From Pseudomonadota bacterium (GTDB taxonomy: Bacteria > Oederibacteriota > Muellerivitia > Muellerivitales > Muellerivitaceae), in contig JAJPJW010000040.1 of NCBI GenBank assembly GCA_021324075.1, positions 2,255 to 66,254 on the forward strand: a stretch of 64,000 nucleotides of DNA, read 5' to 3'. Positions 61,264-64,000 of this stretch are shown here, one piece after another (the stretch's first letter is position 1; every line of letters begins with the position of its first letter). The notes under the pieces were generated by a model. The model saw only the letters and a list, made by a program, of their open reading frames with translations, did not search any database and was not told the DNA's origin. The position numbers and the translations under genes are program-made.

Positions 61264-64000
61264 CTATTCGATCAATTCCCCTTCGCCGTCCTTCGGCTTT
61301 TGTTGGGCCTTGGAGGCGTCCAGCCCGCCCGGAGGGACGCCGGGAGCGGGGGCTTTGGGCGCGCCGGGGATGCCCATGGGGGGCGCCCCGGGCACAGGGG
61401 GACGCAGTGCCGGCGCGGCAGCCGGTTTGGGAGCGCCGGCATCCGTCTTCAGGCCGTCCATCATGCTGTCCAAATCCAGGACCCCGGGTGGAGGGGTGGT
61501 GGGTTTGATGTTGGTCGGGACCACTTTGGGCGCCGCGGGGACACCGGGAGCGGGAATGCCGGGCATGGGCGGCTTGGGAACCGCCGGGGCCGCGGGTGTG
61601 GGAATTCCAGGGGGTGTTAAGGGTTTGGGAGCCATTCCGGGAACGGCCGGAGCACCGGGGACTGGGGGCTTGGGCAAACCACCCACTGGAGGCGCCGCAG
61701 GAACACCCGGAACGGGAGGAGCAACGGGTTTAGGAGCGCCTATTCCCGGGACCGGTGGAACAGCCGCCGGTTTGGGGGCACCCACGGGGAGCACGGTGGC
61801 CGGAGGCGGCACCGGAACTTTTTTATCGATCAACGAATCCAGCAAACCAGGGGCGGCGGCGGCCGGTTTTGGCATGGGTGGCGGGGCCAATCCGGGGGCG
61901 GCCGGGGGTTTCGGAGCCGCGGGAGGCGCACCCGCGGCGGGGGCCGGCATTCCCGGCATGGGGGGCTTAGGCGCGGCCGAAGGCGCTCCCGGCGTCGGGA
62001 GTCCCGGAGGGGTCAGGGGCGACGGGGGTTTGGGCAGTCCAGGCGCAGCGGCGGGGGCCGCGGGCCCACCTGGAGCGGGAGTTACCGGCGGTTTCACGCC
62101 GGGGGCGGTGACCGAAGGGACTTTGGAAATCAGGGAGTCCAACAAGCCCGAGGTGGCATCCGGGGGCTTGGGCCCGGTCGGCGCGCCGGCGGCCGGGGCC
62201 GAAGCCGCGGTGGGGGCCATGGGAGCGGCCGGTTTGGGCATTCCAATAGGAGGCGGGGTCAGGCTCGGCCTGGCAACGCCGGGGGTGGCACCGGGAGCGC
62301 CCGGAGGGGGCGGTTTGGGCATGCCCAAGGCGGGCGGCGCAGGCGGCTTCAAGCCCGCGGCCGTGGGCGCGGCCGCCGGGGGAACCGAGGGTATGGCGGC
62401 TGCGGCGGGACGGACCGCCGCAACGGGCGCCTCGCCGGGTTTCTTGATCTTGGTCGGGAAGGTCAGGATGAGCTTGGTGCCCGGATCGGCTTTTTCCGCC
62501 ACCGCCCCGCCGCCGTTGGCGGCCAGGATGGTCTTGATGAGGGCGAACTTGAGGCCCGTGCCCGCCAGTTGCGGCGAGGCCGTGTGCTTGGGGTCATAGA
62601 ACTCGTCGAAGAGCCGGGGCAGGGCTTCGGCTGTGACGGTGAGGCCCGGGTCCTGCACGGTGACCTTCACGTTTTCGCCGATGGCCTCCACCATGATGGG
62701 AATGGAGGATCCCCGGGGCGCGTCCTTGATGATCTGCAGGTAGAGGATGTTCCAAAGCTGGTTGAAGCGGCGGCGGATGATGGGCACCTTGGGAACCGTT
62801 CCCTTGGCTTCCACTTTCATCTTGATGTTCTTCACCTCGGCCTGGGGCTGGAAGTTGAAGGCCAACCCCTCGATTTCGGAGGCCAGGTTGACCTCCTCGT
62901 GGGTGGCCTTTTCCTGCTCGATTTCCACCTGGTAGATGTCCACCAGGTCGTTGATGAATTTCTCCAGCCGGGCCGAGCGGTTGATGACCATCCCCAGGAA
63001 TTCCTGCTGCTTCTCGTTGATCCCCCCCTGGCCCGTGCCCAGGGCGGAGGAGACGTAACCCTTGATGATGCCCAGGGTGGTCTTGAGTTCTTCCGCCATG
63101 GTGCGGATGGCGGCCGCGCGCACGGAAGACACCTGGATGGCCGAGGAGGCCGCCACGGTGGAGAGCAGTTTGGATTCCATTTCCTTGAGCTGGCCCTCGA
63201 GCTGGGCCTGCGTGGTGGCCATTTGTTTTTGGGCCTGCGCCTTGCCGTCCTCGGCGGTGGTCACCTGGGACTTGAGTTTGCCGATCTCCGCCTTGCTTTG
63301 TTCGGTCTGGTTGCGCAGCCCCTCGGACATGCTTTTCAAGGCGTCCAGTTCCTTGAGCTTGTCGGCCAGTTGTTGGTTGAGGCCGGAGACTTCGCTCTTG
63401 GCGGCCTGGGCCTGTTGTTGGGCCGCCGCCACCTGGCCGGCCGCTTCCTTGGTTTTGGCGTCCACTTCGGCGCGGCCCCGGCGCAGGGCTTCTTCTTTCT
63501 CCTGCTCGGCCTGCTGCTTGTCGTCCTGGAGCTTCTGCAGGAGCATGGCGGAGGCCTGGACCATCTGGCCCACCTCGTCGTTGCCGAACTTACGCGCGGC
63601 GTCGGGGGTCAGCGTGGTGGTGCCCTTGGCGGCGTTCAGCACCACCGCGCTGGCTTTCCTTAAGGGTGAGAGGATCGAGCCGAATTGCATGAGGCCAACG
63701 AGGAAAATCCAGCCCAGGCAGGCCGCCGCGGCAATGAGGAGCGGCATACCCGTTGCGCCGGTGAAAACTTCCTGCAGGCCCTCGATGGGCGACTTGGCTT
63801 GGGTGGGGGCCTTGGAGGCCGCGGGTTGCAGCATGGCGAAGGGCACCAGGCGCACGATGCCGAAGGATTTCAAACCCAGGCTGGTATAAATGCCCACCCA
63901 GTTGGGTGGGTTGGAATCGGAACCGCTTTGTTTGGCGGCCAGCGCCTGTTGGAGCTTGGCGAGCCAGGGGTCCTGGCCGGGGTTGAAGCCCGACTGCAGC
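61264..64000 (-). CDS. Histidine-kinase-like membrane protein lacking the phospho-acceptor His, with a Pro-rich tail of about 390 aa; the N-terminus probably lies beyond the window end
   Basis: TM helix MPLLIAAAACLGWIFLVGLMQF, long coiled coil, HisKA-like AAIRTMAEELKTTLGIIKGY (Glu where His is expected), degenerate HATPase (DPGLTV, GTGLKFALI). The frame stays open from 63897 to 64000. Confidence 0.8.
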   Translation of the reverse strand, partial: LQSGFNPGQDPWLAKLQQALAAKQSGSDSNPPNWVGIYTSLGLKSFGIVRLVPFAMLQPAASKAPTQAKSPIEGLQEVFTGATGMPLLIAAAACLGWIFLVGLMQFGSILSPLRKASAVVLNAAKGTTTLTPDAARKFGNDEVGQMVQASAMLLQKLQDDKQQAEQEKEEALRRGRAEVDAKTKEAAGQVAAAQQQAQAAKSEVSGLNQQLADKLKELDALKSMSEGLRNQTEQSKAEIGKLKSQVTTAEDGKAQAQKQMATTQAQLEGQLKEMESKLLSTVAASSAIQVSSVRAAAIRTMAEELKTTLGIIKGYVSSALGTGQGGINEKQQEFLGMVINRSARLEKFINDLVDIYQVEIEQEKATHEEVNLASEIEGLAFNFQPQAEVKNIKMKVEAKGTVPKVPIIRRRFNQLWNILYLQIIKDAPRGSSIPIMVEAIGENVKVTVQDPGLTVTAEALPRLFDEFYDPKHTASPQLAGTGLKFALIKTILAANGGGAVAEKADPGTKLILTFPTKIKKPGEAPVAAVRPAAAAIPSVPPAAAPTAAGLKPPAPPALGMPKPPPPGAPGATPGVARPSLTPPPIGMPKPAAPMAPTAASAPAAGAPTGPKPPDATSGLLDSLISKVPSVTAPGVKPPVTPAPGGPAAPAAAPGLPKPPSPLTPPGLPTPGAPSAAPKPPMPGMPAPAAGAPPAAPKPPAAPGLAPPPMPKPAAAAPGLLDSLIDKKVPVPPPATVLPVGAPKPAAVPPVPGIGAPKPVAPPVPGVPAAPPVGGLPKPPVPGAPAVPGMAPKPLTPPGIPTPAAPAVPKPPMPGIPAPGVPAAPKVVPTNIKPTTPPPGVLDLDSMMDGLKTDAGAPKPAAAPALRPPVPGAPPMGIPGAPKAPAPGVPPGGLDASKAQQKPKDGEGELIE

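Noticed and set aside
61136-62599. 487-aa Gly/Ala/Pro-rich plus-strand ORF that could be read as a collagen-like or Gly-rich protein
   Set aside because: It is the reverse-complement shadow of the Pro/Ala-rich tail of the kinase-like gene. The minus-strand frame is continuous with recognisable domains.

Overview
This is a 64-kb stretch of a GC-rich bacterial chromosome; the lineage cannot be assigned from sequence alone. It holds about 70 protein genes and one tRNA-Ser(CGA). I found no rRNA, CRISPR array, integrase or transposase. Backbone genes recognisable by motif include a 2101-aa cytoplasmic histidine kinase with about 15 PAS domains, mscL, trmL, mprF, pdxH, leuCD, yaeQ, pirin, an AlkD-like repair protein, an ECF41-type sigma factor, TetR and LysR regulators, and many small DUF-type proteins. 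Two visibly AT-rich islands interrupt the GC-rich background. (i) 23.7-27.0 kb lies directly 3' of tRNA-Ser, is bounded by a 15-nt repeat of the tRNA 3' end, and carries an HNH nuclease plus an SPPF-type DNA methyltransferase (restriction-modification-like) with unassigned accessory domains. (ii) 53.3-57.1 kb encodes a 968-aa orphan secreted protein and a small membrane protein. Other notable points: four families of intergenic hairpin repeats (three-unit CAGATG and CGCCAAG inverted repeats, a 134-nt structured repeat with compensatory substitutions bracketing an AKR/NADP-reductase/LysR cassette, and a G/C hairpin followed by GGGGGAG); an exact ECF41 promoter consensus upstream of the sigma gene; a cluster of zinc-ribbon/dispanin-type small membrane proteins; and a His-less pseudo-histidine-kinase with a roughly 390-aa proline-rich tail. 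I consider the HNH/methyltransferase islet, the AT-rich orphan island and the pseudokinase the best candidates for something undescribed, but none is demonstrated. All functional calls rest on my own motif recognition and no searches were run. Many long R/G/P/A-rich ORFs in the track are antisense shadows of real genes.
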